64,000 bases of DNA from Hypanus sabinus (lineage: Eukaryota), in contig NC_082712.1 in assembly GCF_030144855.1 (NCBI RefSeq), positions 89,838,001 to 89,902,000 on the forward strand. The letters are read 5' to 3'. The notes under the pieces were generated by a model. The model did no database searches and had not been told where the DNA came from. It was given only the letters and a program-made list of their open reading frames with translations. Made by a program: the position numbers and the translations under genes. Below are positions 23,150 through 36,384 of this stretch, piece after piece (the first letter of the stretch is position 1; every line of letters starts with the position of its first letter).

Positions 23150-25558
23150 GAGTAATGAATTAGAAGTATTATATATGAATGCATGAAGTATAAGGAATAA
23201 AGTAGATGAGCTTGTGGCTCAGTTGGAAATTGGCAAGTACGATGTTGTGGGAATAACAGAGACATGGCCTGAGAAATGAATATTCAACGATATAAAACTT
23301 ATTGAAAGGACAAACTGACAGGCAGAGGGGGTGGGGTAGCTCTGATGGTGAGGAATGATATTCAGTCCCTTGCAAGGGAGGACATAGAATCTGGCGATGT
23401 AGAGTCAGTATGGATAGAACTGAGAAATTCTAAGGGCAGAAAGACCCTAATGGGAGTTACCTACAGGCCCCCAAACAGTAGTCTGGATGTAGGGTGTAAG
23501 TTGAATGAAGAGTTAAAATTGGCATGTCACAAAGGCATGTCAAAATGTCACAAACTGTATCCCCCATGATACAGTTGTCATGGGGGATTTCAACATGCCG
23601 GTAGACTGGGAGAATCAGGATGGTACTAGACCCCAAGAAAGGGAGTTTGTGGAGTGCCTCCGAGATGGATTCTTAGAACAGCTTGTACTGGAGCCTTCCA
23701 GGGAGAAGGCAATTCTAGATTTAGTGTTGTGCAATGAATCGGATTTGATCAGGGACCTCGAGTTAAAAGAGCCTTTAGGAGGTAGTGACCAGTATATGTT
23801 ATATTTTAATCTACAATTTGAGAAGGAGAAGGGAAAATTGGATGTGTTAGTATTACAGTTGAACAAAGGGAACTATGGAGCTATGAGGGAGGAGCTGGCC
23901 AAAGTTCAATGGAACAATAACCTAGCAGGGAAGACAGTGGAACAACAATGGCAGGTATTTCTGGGAATAATGCAGAAGGTGCAGGATCGGTTCATTACAA
24001 AGAGGAAGAAAGACCCTAAGGGGAGTAAGGGGCAGCCGTGGCTGATGAGGGAAGTAAAGGACAGTATAAAAATAAAATAGAAGTATATCATAGCAAAGAT
24101 GAGTGTGAAGCTGGAGGACTGGGAAGCTTTTAAAGAGCAACAGAAAATAACAAAAAAGACAATACGCTGAGAAAAAAATGAGGTACGAAGGTAAACTAAC
24201 CAAGAATATAAAGGAGAACAGTAAAAGCTTCTTTAGGTATGTGAAAAGAAAAAAAAATAGTTAAGACCAAAATTGAGCCACTGAAGACAGAAACAGGTGA
24301 ATTTATTATGCGGAACAAGGAAATGGCAGATGAGTTGAACAGGTACTTTGGATCTGTCTTCACTAGGGAAGACACAAACAATCTCCCAGATGTAATAGTG
24401 GCCAAAGGAACTAAGGTAAAGGATGAAGTGAAGGTAATTTATATTAGGCAAGAAATGGGGTTGAATAGACTGTTGGGTCTGAAGGCTGATAAGTTCCTGG
24501 GACCTGATGGTCTGCATCCCAGGGTACTTAAGGAGGTGGCTCTAGAAATCGTGGATGCATTGGTAATCATTTTCCAAAGTTCTATAGATTCAGGATCAGT
24601 TCCTGCGGATTGGAGGGTGGGCAATGTTATCCCACTTTTCAAGAAAGGAGGGAGAGAGAAAACAGGGAATTATAGACCGGTTAGCCTGCTGTCAGTGGTG
24701 GGAAAGATCCTGGAGTCAATTATAAAAGAGGAAATTATGACACATTTGGATAGCAGTAGAAGGATCAGTCCGAGTCATCCTGGACCTACAAAGCGAAAAT
24801 CATGCTTGACTAATCTTCTGGAGTTTTTTGAGGATGTAACTCTGAAAATGGACAAGGGAGAGCCAGTGGAGGTAGTGTACCTGGATTTTCAGAACACCTT
24901 TGATAAAGTCCCACATAGGAGATTAATGGGCAAAATCAGGGCACATGGTATTGGGGGCAAAGTACTGGCATGGATTGAAAATTGGCTGGCTGACAGGAAA
25001 CAAAGAGTAGCAATTAACAGGTCCCTTTCGGAATGGCAGGCTGTGACCAGTGGGGTACCGCAAGGTTTGGTGCTGGGACCACAGCTGTTTACAATATACT
25101 TTAATGATTTGGATGAAGGGATTAAAAGTAACATTAGCAAATTTGCTGATGGCACAAAGCTGGGTGGCAGTGTGAAATGTCAGGAGGATGTTATGAGAAT
25201 GCAGATGAGTTTTACAGGCTAGGTGAGTGGGCGAATGTGTGGCAGATGCAGTTTAATGTGGATAAATGTGGGGATATCCACTTTGGTGGCAAGAACAGGA
25301 AGGCAGATTACTTCTAAATGGAGTCAAGTTAGGAAAAGGGGAAGCACAACGAGATCTAGGTGTTTTTGGACATCAGTCAATGAAAGCAAACATGCAGATA
25401 CAGAAGGCAGTGAAGAAAGCTAATGACATGCTGGCTTTTACAATGAGGAATTGAGTATAGGAGTAAAGAGGTCCTTCTGCAGCTGTACAGGGCCCTGGTG
25501 AGACCCCACCTGGATTATTGTATGCAGTTCAGGTCTCCAGCTTTGAGGAAGGACAAAG
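23150..25558 (+). mobile_element. CR1 LINE ORF2 (endonuclease + RT), frameshifted and 3'-truncated
   Basis: YRPP, MGDFN, GNYRPVSL, YLDFQNTFDKVPH, GVPQGLVLGP, KFADGTKL; ends abruptly after RPHLDYCMQFRSP. Confidence 0.92.
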
Positions 25559-27289
25559 TCTTTTTTAGCTCCTCTTACTTGTCCATTTTCTGTTCTTGTA
25601 ATATTAAATTAGATGATTATTTGCATGATTTACGCCTGATTCTTGACTTCTGAAGAACCTTTGGACTCAAAGCATCAGGATCCAACTTGCTGCTCAGTGT
25701 CCACTTTATTTTGCAGCTTCTGTACCAAATAATGTGGTGACCGAGTGGTCTTCTGCTGTTGTAGCCCATCCACTTCACGGTTCAATGTGTTGTGCATCCA
25801 GAGGTGTTCTTCTGCACACCAGTGTTGAAAAGCCTGTTGTGAATGCCTTCCTGACAACTTGAACCAGTCTGGCCATTCTCCTCTGAAGTTTAACGACTGT
25901 TTTGCGTAAAAATCCTAGGATATCCGCAGCTTCTAAGATTCTCAAACTTCCTCTTCTGGAACCACAATCATTCTGCAGTCAAATTTCTTCCACATTCTGA
26001 TGTTCCACTGAATCTCTTGACCATGTCTGCATTGAGTTGCAGCCACATCATTAGCTAATTATATATATGGATTGACAAGCAGGTGTACTTAATAAAGTGG
26101 CTTCAGAGTGCATACGAATGATCTGAATGTGGATGTGGAAGGCATGACCAGTAAGTATTCAGATGACAAAAAGATGTGTGGAGATGTTGGCAGTGTGGAG
26201 GGAAGTGTTTGCTATGGGGAATGTTTTGATGAAATAGTCTGAGAAATCTCCATAGATTCTGTTGATTTGCTGAACCACTGCAATGTCTCTTCGGGGTATG
26301 CCAACTCCGGAGAAGTTTAATCATCTCTCCCACAGGGGCCTCTCCCACTGCTCCCCATCTGTTGATTCTGCTGCTCTCCGATTCCTCAACCAAAACCACA
26401 CCCAGACACAGCCATTTGCCAACTTGTACTCCTTTCCCGCCACTCCTCACCTTCTCATTCTGGCTTCTTCCCCATTAATTTCCAGTCCTGAAGAAGGGTC
26501 TCTGTCCAAAACAACGGCTATTTATTCTCCTCCATAGATGCTGCCTGACCTGCTGAGTTCCTCCTGCATTTTGTGTGTGTTACTCTGGATTTTCTGCATC
26601 TGCAGAATCTGTTGCATTTGAGAAGTGGCTGGTGGGGTTCAGTCTGTATCCATGTGAGACAATGTGTTTTGGCAGTATCCATCAGGATAGGACACATGGT
26701 GTCAATGGTAGGAAAATATTAAGTATTGTCAAACAGTGGGAAGGATGTGGTACTGCTGGAGATGGTGGAGATGTTCAGAGGATGTAATCTGGGATGGAGC
26801 TGTAATGATAGGAGAGAATAGGTCAATTGTCCCTGGAGTCGAGAAGGTTTCAAGGGGACATGTGTATAAGGTCTTTAAAACTACAAGGAGTATAGACTAC
26901 AGGATACTCATATCATAAACAAGTAAAACTTGAAATCACAATAGTAGGGTGATTGGGTGGAGGTGATGGGGGAGAGGGAAGCAGAGAGTGGTGAGCACCT
27001 GCAGCACTTTGCCTGAAAAAGCCGAGTCAGTGACAGCATCTAGGAAGCGTCTGGACGAGTACCTGAACTACCCAGGGACAAAAGGTGAGCAGCCAAGGGT
27101 TGGGAGACAGGATTCATGTGGATAAGAGTCAGAATGGACATAATAGGTTGAAGAGATTGCTTCCTAATAGTATGAAAACATGAAGTTGCTTCAATGCACA
27201 GGAATTAAATCATCAGAAATTACATTGAACCATGAAATCAAAGAACCTTTAGACAAGAGCAGAGGTCAGTGTAAGGATTCAGGACTCAC

Positions 27290-27664
27290 CTCTCACTGAC
27301 AGAAACGTCCCTGAGATGCTTTGCCATCCAGTCAACTTATCACTCACATTGAAACATGTCACACGGCAGAAATAGAAATTGGAGTCATTTGCTTTCAATG
27401 GAACTAAGCGGATGGAGCCCGTCTTGTTTCGCAGTGGGGAACCCAGGAACTCGATCCGGCCTCGGTATTCCCCGAATGCGTTGTTTAGTGAAGAATCAAA
27501 TATCTTTGTACCATGATAGCTACCAACTTTCCAAGTGATATGAATGTCTCGGGGTGTATAAGTGTCGGGATAAGTGAAGGAACAGGGGAGAATGACGGAC
27601 CCATTCTCTGCAGCCTCCAGGTATCCCATCTGCTTCACCCGGAACCCACGGTCACCGGTCCGTG
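27290..27664 (-). CDS. Gene 2 Ig V-set D2 exon
   Basis: 375 bp, intact AG/GT and open frame; near-identical to 3905-4279. Confidence 0.9.
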
Positions 27665-28783
27665 CTGAGGGAACAGGGAGCAAACGATCATTCGGGAACC
27701 TCCTATCACCTTTCATTCGGCAGAAAATCATCCCTTTACACTCTCAGCAACAGACAAGTCCCTGCGCTCTGATTAATAAACTAAACTCCAGACTAAATGC
27801 ATCCCCTTACAAATCCATCAAATGCATACTTAGAAAGTCTCCATTCCTAACTGCTAGCAGCTTCCACTCTCCAAGCCTGTGACCTCCAATGGGAAATTAG
27901 GCAAACCAGACATTGAATCCGGAGACCCCTAGGTTACATGTCAGCATCAAACTCACTTCTGGGATCCTGCCATTCTCAACAAAGACTGTTTAAACCCTTG
28001 TATTAGATCACAACGTGTAACCCATAGATGGGGATTTGTTATTCTATGCATAATCCCGAGCTCCAAACAATCTGTCACAGCCTGTAACTCTCTCTGGGCA
28101 TATATTTCTGAATGTAAACACTCTGAACCCGCGATTGCAGTCCAGTCTGCAACTCACTCTCGGGTGTCTGTGTGTTGTTAGATAAACAATCTGAACACCA
28201 GATTAGATTCTGCTCCATACCCAACTCACGGTTAGTTGTTATTCTCTATATTAAACCCCCAAATTGTTTACAGACAACACAGCGTCTAACTCACCTCTGG
28301 GAACCTGTATTTCACAATATAAACTCAATGAACCCCTGGATAAGATTCCACTCAATACTAACTCTCTGAAGTCTCTTGCACAGAAACACCCGAACCCCTG
28401 GATTAGATCCCTATCTGTATCTCACAGCTAAGTATCACTTAATCGATAAATAAACCCACGGAGCGCCTGAGTTACATCCACTTCAGTAATTGAATCCCTG
28501 GGGTCTGTTATCCAACATAATTACAGTATGCTCGCCCCGACTCCCCTCTCACCACAGACTGTCAGGAATTGCTATGTGTATGTCTGTACGCGCTGTAAGC
28601 TTCATCTGCTTCGTCTGTCTGTCTAATTCCTTATTCGGCACGGAGACAAATAAATTCCGTAAACCCCGTAGCTTCCTCCATTTACCACTCGTCGTTCCCT
28701 CACTTGCAACACCCCAACCCCAGACAACAGATCCAGCCGCATCCAACTCCACGCTTTCTGTAGACAGAGGAAGGGGTTCTCAC

Positions 28784-29140
28784 CTTGAACTGACAGGACG
28801 GTCCCAGGACCTGTGTACTCTTCCCCCAAGATCACCACAATGCAGAAGTACATGTTTGTGTCCCTTTCTTCGACCGGGTGTAAGCGGATGGAGCCCGTCT
28901 TGTCTCTGAGTGGCAAACCCAGGAAATTGATCCGGCCTCCGAAAACGTTGAGTGTGTAGTTATCCAGGTATCTGAATATATCTGTCTTGTGGTGATTGCG
29001 AACTTTGCACCTGATGTCAATGTCTCGGAGTGAGGAGATTTCCGGGTGCGTAAAGGTGCAGGTGAGAGTGACAGACTCGTCCACTACAGCCTCGATGTAT
29101 TTCGGCTGCTCCACTCGGAAGCCACTTCCGCTGCTCCATG
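28784..29140 (-). CDS. Gene 2 Ig V-set D1 exon (C-strand Trp replaced by Cys)
   Basis: 357 bp, intact AG/GT and open frame; TGC at 29007-29009. Confidence 0.88.
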
Positions 29141-30410
29141 CTGAGGGAGACGGAGAGCAAATGGTCATTTGGGAACCTCCGACCACATCTCACCCTGCGG
29201 ATAATCAGCCCGTAATTCTCTCAGCGCCGGGCAATTCCCTGTCCTCTGATTGACAGACCGAACTCCAGAACAATTCTTTCTCCTCTCAAATCCGTGAAAT
29301 GCAAATGGCAACAGACCCGCACTACCAACCACCAGCACCCTGACCCGGCGTGGATAACTTCACTCACTGCATCTGTGAACTCACTCTCCCACCTGCACAC
29401 TCACTCTCAAGAGCTCTTTACAAATCTAGTTGTCAGTATAATTTCTGTTTAAAGAATTTCACTTGCTTTGTGTATTGTTTGACAGTCTTTGCTTATGTGC
29501 AGATTATTATAAATCCTATTGTATTACATTATTTTCCTGAAATGTCTGCAAGGAAAATGATTTTGAAATTACGTGTCATTTACCTCCATCGATAATAAAT
29601 TTTACGTTTACTTTTCGCATTCTGAGCCTAAAAGCGCCAATGGGAAATCAGGCAACACAGGTATCAACTCCTGGAACACAGGAATTAGATTCCAGAATCT
29701 ACAATGTTATTGACCGTATAAACGCCTTTAACCCTTGCAATACCATGTGCGTGTGATCCTGCGTGTGTAGATCCAACCTGCAACTAAACCTTCGGATCTG
29801 TTATTCATTGTATAAACACCTCAGACCCTCGCATGAGATTCCAGCCTGGAACTAACCCCTGAGGATCTGTTAATCATTACATAAAAACCTTCTTTCTGGA
29901 TTCCAACCTGTAACTATCCCCGGGAATCGGCTATGGACTTCAACCCGGATCTCGCACTGTCGCCCTTCGAGCTCTCTCTGCCCGTTCTGTCCTTACCCTC
30001 TCTCTCCGATCAGTGACAAATCATCTCCCTCCACAAAATACCCTCCACCTCAGCAACCCTCCAGCTTTAACCCCGGCTTTAGCAACAGGCCTTTGCCCGG
30101 ACCTCCTGTTCCTCATTTCAACTCTTCATACCCGTTAGCGGGTGGGAAACACTTCGAGTTGTTCCTCATCTCCGGCGATGTTGCTATTCAAATGCAGACA
30201 CTTGTCCCTCCAAACCGGGAAGGCATCAGACGGACTAACGCTCCCTCTCTGAAATGGAGAAGCGGAACAGGGAGGAGGCCTCCCGAAAGGATGCCGAGGG
30301 TTCCGCACCGGACAGGGTATTCTGGAGGGCGTGTTAAGAGGGTTTGGATGATATGAGGGGTGTGAGGAATGGGGATAGAGGTGGTACGTGATGAAGCTGG
30401 GTCTACTCAC

Positions 30411-30453
30411 CCACTGTCAACTGTAGCAACACCAGACAGAGCGAAACGTCCAT
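30411..30453 (-). CDS. Gene 2 signal-peptide exon (MDVSLCLVLLQLTV)
   Basis: Identical to the gene 1 leader; Kozak context and donor intact. Confidence 0.85.
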
Positions 30454-31079
30454 GGCGTCTCCCCACCAACACTTCTTCTCTGGACCTGATCGCGTCCGTT
30501 GGTAACTCTGACTGTGACTCACGACAGCCCTGGCAATGAGTCACTGCTTCTGCTTTCTTCAGTCCCCCGACTCCGCCTCCAGCTCTCGTATTCCATCACC
30601 CCTCAGGACATTTCCCTTGCTATTAATGTAGAGGTGCCTTTGTGTGAGAGGGAGATGAAATCTAGAATTAAAAAGTCTATTTGATCATCATGGCAACTAG
30701 GTTGTGATAAAGAAAACAAAGGCCAGCATTGATATGAAATTCAGAGGATGGTGAGAATTCAAGTGGGACGTTGGTATAGAAAGACCTAGGAAATAATACT
30801 GACGTGTTTATATTGGACCTGCTCTTAAGATGTCTATTTATTGAGTTACAACGCAGAATGGGCCTTTCCGGTCCTTCAAGACGTGCCACTCACCAGTCTC
30901 CGATTGAACCCTGGCCTAATCACCGGACAACTTACAACGACTGATTAACCCACCAACCAGTATGTCTTCGGACTGTGGGAGGAAACTGGAACACCTAGAG
31001 GGAACCCAGTGGGTCACAGGGTGAACATCCAAACTCATTACAGACGTCGACCTCACTATCAGGCATATTAATTTAGTTA

Positions 31080-33600
31080 GAAACTATTATGGGTAACATA
31101 TACAGTATAGCCCTCTAAATAGTCGCCAAGATCTGGTGTAGAGGTTGCAAAGGGAGCTGGAAAGGGCATGTAATAAGGGTAATGTTAGAATTGTAAAGGA
31201 GAACTTTAATATGCAAGGGGATTTGGAAAATTTGTTTGGTGTCAGATGGCAAGAGAGGGAATTTGTTGACTGCCTACGAGATGGTTTCTTTTAGAGCAGT
31301 TTGTGCTACAGCCTACTTGGCGAAAGGCTATCTTAGATTGGGTGCTGTGTAATAACCCTGATATTCTCTGTCAGCTTATCATAAACGATCCCTTAAGAGG
31401 CAGCGATCACAATATGATTAAATTCATTCCGCAAATTGGGAGGGAGATGCCTAAGACCCATGTATAAGTATCGCGCTGGAATAAAAGAAACTACAGAGGC
31501 CTGAGAGAGCTGCTTTCCCAGGTGGATCGAAGGGGGATACTGGCGGAGTTGACAGCAGAACAAGGGTGGTTGAAATTTCTGGGAATAGTTCACAAAGCCC
31601 AGGATGGATATGCCCCACAGAAAAAGAAGTTCCCAACCAGTAGGGTGAAGCAACAGTGGATGGTAAGGGAAGTTAAAGACCGCATAAAAGCCCAGGAAAT
31701 GTTATATAAGATAGCAGAAGGGTGTGGGAAGTTGGATGATTGGGAAGCTTTTAAAATCCAACAAAAGGCAACAAAAAAGCTTTTAGAAGTTGAAAAGATT
31801 AAATATGAGGGCAAATTTGCAAATAATATAAAGCAGGATACTGAAATATTTTTTTCAGTTACATAAAGAGTAAAAGGGCTGTGCGAGTTGATACTGGACT
31901 GGAAAATGAAGCTGGTGAGGAAGTACTGGGGCCAAAGAGAAGGCAAATGAACTAAGTAGGTACTTTGCATTTGTTTTCACTATGGAAGACACTAGCAGTG
32001 TTCCAGAGGTCCATGAGTGTCAGAGAGCAGGAGTGAGTGCCATTGCTATTTCAAAGGAAAAAGTGCTCGGCAGCTTCAAAGGTCTTAAGGTGAATAAGTC
32101 ACCTGGGCCAGATGGACTACATCGCAGAGTACTGAGAGAGGTTGCTGAAGAGATAGTGGATACATTGTTCATGAACTTTCAAGAATCAATTTATTCTGGA
32201 GGAATGGAAAATTGCAAATGTCCCTCCATTCTTTATTAATGGAGGATAACAAAGGAGAGGAAATGATAGTCCACTTAGCCTAATTTCAGTGGTTGGGAAA
32301 GTGTTGGAGCCCATTATTAAGGATGAGATTTCAGGGTACTTGGAAATGAATGATAAAATAAGTCAATGTCAACATGGTTTCTGCAAAGGAAAATCTTGCT
32401 GGACAAACCCGTCAGAATTACTTGAAGAAGTAAAATAATTCTGACAGAGTGGACAAAGGAGTGGCTGTGGATGTCATTTACCTAGATGTTCAGAAGGCAT
32501 TTGATTAAGTGCCTCACATGAGATTGCTCAACAAGAGAAACTATGGTGCTACAGGAAGGATACTGGCATGGACAGAGGAATAGCTGATAAGCGGGATTCA
32601 TTGAGTGCTGATAAAGGGGGCCTTTTCCAGTTTACTGCCAGTGACTAATGGTGTTCCTTGGGTCAGTATTGGGACCGCTACTTTTCACATTGTTTGTCAA
32701 TGATTTAGATAGTATATTGACGAATTTGTGGAAAAGTTTGTGGATGATATGAAGATAGCTGGAAGGGTAGGTAGTGCCGAGGAAACAAAGCAGGGCTTAG
32801 ACAAATTGGAAGAGCGGGCAAAAAAAGTGGCAGAAGGAATACTGTGTTTGAAAGTGCATGATAATGCATTTTTCTAAAAGGAGCAATATTGCAGACTATT
32901 ATCTAAGTGGGGAGGAAACATCAGAGGTGCAAAGGGACTTGGGAGTCCTCATGCAAGACTCCCAGAAGGTTAATTCTGTGGTCAAAAACGCAAATGCAAT
33001 GTTGCCATTTACTTAAAGAGAAATAGAATATAAAACAAGCAGATAATACTGAAGGTTTATAAGACACTAGTCGGGCCTCACGGAGTATTGTTAACAGTTT
33101 TGGGCCTCTTATCTCAGAAAGGATGTATTGTCATTGTAGAGAGTACAGAGGAGATTTGCGAGGATAATTACAGGAATGAAGGGGGTTAATATATGAGGAG
33201 CATTGGCAGCTTTGGGCCTACACTCACTGGAATTTAGAAGATGTCTGGGGATCTTAATGAATCCAACCAAATGTTGAAAGGTGGACATGGAGAGAATGTT
33301 TTCTATGGTGCAGGTACCAGAACCAGAGGGCACAGCCTCAAATTTGAGGGGCAACACTTTAGAGCAGAGGTATGGAGGAATTTCTTTAACCAGAGAATTG
33401 TAAATCTGTGGAATGCTCTGCCACAGACTCAGGGAGAGGCCAAATCTGTGGGTATATTTCAGGCAGAAGTTGTTTCCTAATCAGTCAGAGTATCAAAGGA
33501 TCAGGCAAGAAGGCAGGTGGGTTGGTGGGATCTGCAATCAGCCATGATGGAATACTGGAGCAGAATCTATGGGCTGCATATCCAGGTCTACTCCTATGTC
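31080..33600 (+). mobile_element. Decayed CR1 LINE (recombinant of two CR1 copies near 33150-33200)
   Basis: Endonuclease/RT remnants; paralogous to about 44680-46130, 18390-19000 and 19950-20375. Confidence 0.8.
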
Positions 33601-34776
33601 TTACAGTCTTATGGTCATTTATTGGCCGCCATATTAGGTGTACCTGTACACCTGCTGGTTAATGCAAATATTTAATCGGCCAATTATGTGACACAACCTC
33701 AATGCAAATAATGCAAGCAAATATGGTCAAACTTCAGTTGTTGTTCAAACCAAATCTCCGAATGGGGAAGAAATGTCATCGAGCTAACTTGGACGTAAGA
33801 CTGAGTATCTTCAAAATTGCTGATCTCCTATGGATTGCATGCACAACAGTCTCTAGGCTTCACAAAGAATGGTGTGAATAACACAACAATAAACAGTGAG
33901 CAGATGTTCTGTGGAGGAAAGCACGTTGTTAATGTGAGAGATGAGAGGAGAACGACCAGTCTGGTTGAAGGCGACAGTGACTCAAATGCCAACACGTTCC
34001 AACAGTGGAGTGCAGAAGAGCATTTCCGAATGCACAACACATCTAACCTGATGTGGATAGGCAGGGCAATTGTAAAAAATGCTAATTAAATTAATTGTAT
34101 ACACGTGTATGGATATGTAATGATTAATGTTGAAATTAAACTTGAGTCAACACTGGGTTCCACTCTTGCACCAAATAGAGTGGCCACAGAGTAAAGATCA
34201 GGACATCACAGGAAAAGGCACTTCGGCCCATGATGCTGTACTGATCTAATAAAACTAGTAATGGCACAGTTAACTAACTTGGCTACATGAGAATATCTCT
34301 CCATTCTCTTCACGTCTGTGGGAGGAGGTGGTCATTTTAAACTGCTGCAAAGTTGGTGCATCTCTGGAATTCTTGACAAAATCATCTGGAGCATTACGGA
34401 TTGGAGGGGGACGGATTTTCCAACACTTCAATATTGAGGTTCCCCGCAACTGGCAGGGAAAGTGAGATGACACCTGGGGAACCTCTGCTGAAGTTTCATT
34501 AAAGCCTGGGACATATTTGAAGGGTCGAGTAGCCTAATCCTGCTCCTGTTTTCCAAAGGGGACGTGATGGGGAAGGATGGGCTTGGCATGTTGAGAATCA
34601 CCATGGTAGAGTTTTCAGTGAAGGAGGATGGGCTGTTACAAAGTCTGGAACCATCATTCAGAGCCCCAGATTGTGCTCGACTGTGGACGGTACATAACAG
34701 TACAGCAAGTCCAATGGGAGGCTGAACGATTCATTTAGTTGGACAGGGATCTGCAAGGACAGAGAATGCAGGTTAC

Positions 34777-34902
34777 CTGTAACTGAGTTCCTCTTGATGA
34801 GGTAAATGCCCACGGTCCACACCACTGCCAGCAGTCCCAGAACCAGCGCTGTCCGGATCATCAGGATGGAGCTGTGGCTCAGGTTTCGCATCTTCTGAGT
34901 CA
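34777..34902 (-). CDS. Gene 3 TM exon with Arg (V-TQKMRNLSHSSILMIRTALVLGLLAVVWTVGIYLIKRNSVT)
   Basis: Acceptor gacccccacag and donor G|GTAACC; 126 bp, phase 1-1. Confidence 0.83.
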
Positions 34903-36384
34903 CTGTGGGGGTCAATAAACCTCCTGTGAGTTGTGATCCAGAGCAGTGACAGAGACACAGGAGGAAAGGGCAGACAGAGCAACCAGTTATGGGGTAACTC
35001 ATGAGGTCAATGTTGGAGATTGTGACCCAATGCTACAGGAGAGGGGAGAGTCAGGGGCACTGGAGGGGGGATTTGAATATTCCTGAGGTGTCTCTGACTC
35101 TGGTGAGTTGTGATTGTGATTCAACAGGGTCACAATGTCCCAAGCAGGAGGGTTTTCCGTACCTTGAGGAGAGGGGGACTGAAAAACCGTGATGAAAACG
35201 ATATGTCAAACCTTAGGAAGCATGACAGGACTTGGAGAGAGGGGACTTGAATTTTACAAGGAAGAATGTGATTCGAAGAACAAACATCAAGGTGCATTAT
35301 AGTCCAATTTGACACAGGATTGGTCTATTAAAGTAGTGGTTAATTTTGTGACAGTTGTCTGAAGAACCAGATGTCTGAAGGGATGCAGCTATTCTTGAAC
35401 CTGGTGGTGAGGGACCTCAGTCCTCTATACCTCCCCCAGTGGTAGCTGCCTGAAAATGATTTTGAGCAATTGGTTGGATCATTCATCATGGACGTTGCTT
35501 GCTGATCAGTAAATTCACAGATAAGCGTAGATTCCTCAAAGGTGCAGGTCGATAGGGTGGTTAATAAGTCATATGGTCAGTGGGCCATCACTAGAGGGGT
35601 GGGATGGAGTTCAAGGGTGATGAGGTGATGTTGCCGTACTATAAAATCTTGATTAGATCACATTTGGAATATCACATTCAGTTCTGGTTACCACTGTACT
35701 GGAATGCTGTGGAGGCATCAGAAAGGCCACAGAGGAGATTTAGTGGGATGCTACCTGTTCTAGACAGACTTTCCAATGAAGGTAGGTTGAGCGAGCTCAT
35801 GCCTTTCTCTTTGGAGCAATGCAGGATGAGAGGTGACTTGATAGAGGGACACAAGATGATAACAGACCTGTATTCAGTGGGTAGTCAGTGACATTCCCAG
35901 GGGTGCATTGCTGTCTAACAGGTGGTATGCTTCTAAAGTGATTGGAGGGAAGTATCGGGGGAATTTGAGAGGTATGTTTGTATTTACACAGACAGCTGTG
36001 GGTGCATGAAACACCCTACCAGTATTTGCAGTAGAGGAACATAAGGAGACATTTAAAAAAAAACTCATAGACAGGAACAAGGATGATAAAAAAATGGAGA
36101 ACTGTGTAGGAGAGCTGGGTTAAATTAATCTTAGACTGGGACAGAATGTCGACATAATACATGAATTGAAGGGCCTGTACTGTGCTGTAATGTCATACGT
36201 TTTACAATGTGAAAATCAATGATATTGCTGACAGTGTGGAGGGTAAACTTGTCAATACTGAAACTCATTGTGTTGGTGAAATGGGCTGAGATATCACAGA
36301 GGATATTTATTCTGGACAAGTTTGAGCTAAAAGACTGGTGACATTAATGAGACAAGTGAAGTAGGAATTGATATGAAAGGTGAG

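Larger units (their letters stand above)
18390..25560. repeat. TM-module segmental duplication block (near-identical paralog about 32540-38810)
   Basis: Colinear CR1, Tc1, TM exon and CR1 sequence; about 0.95 kb missing from the second copy. Confidence 0.9.
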
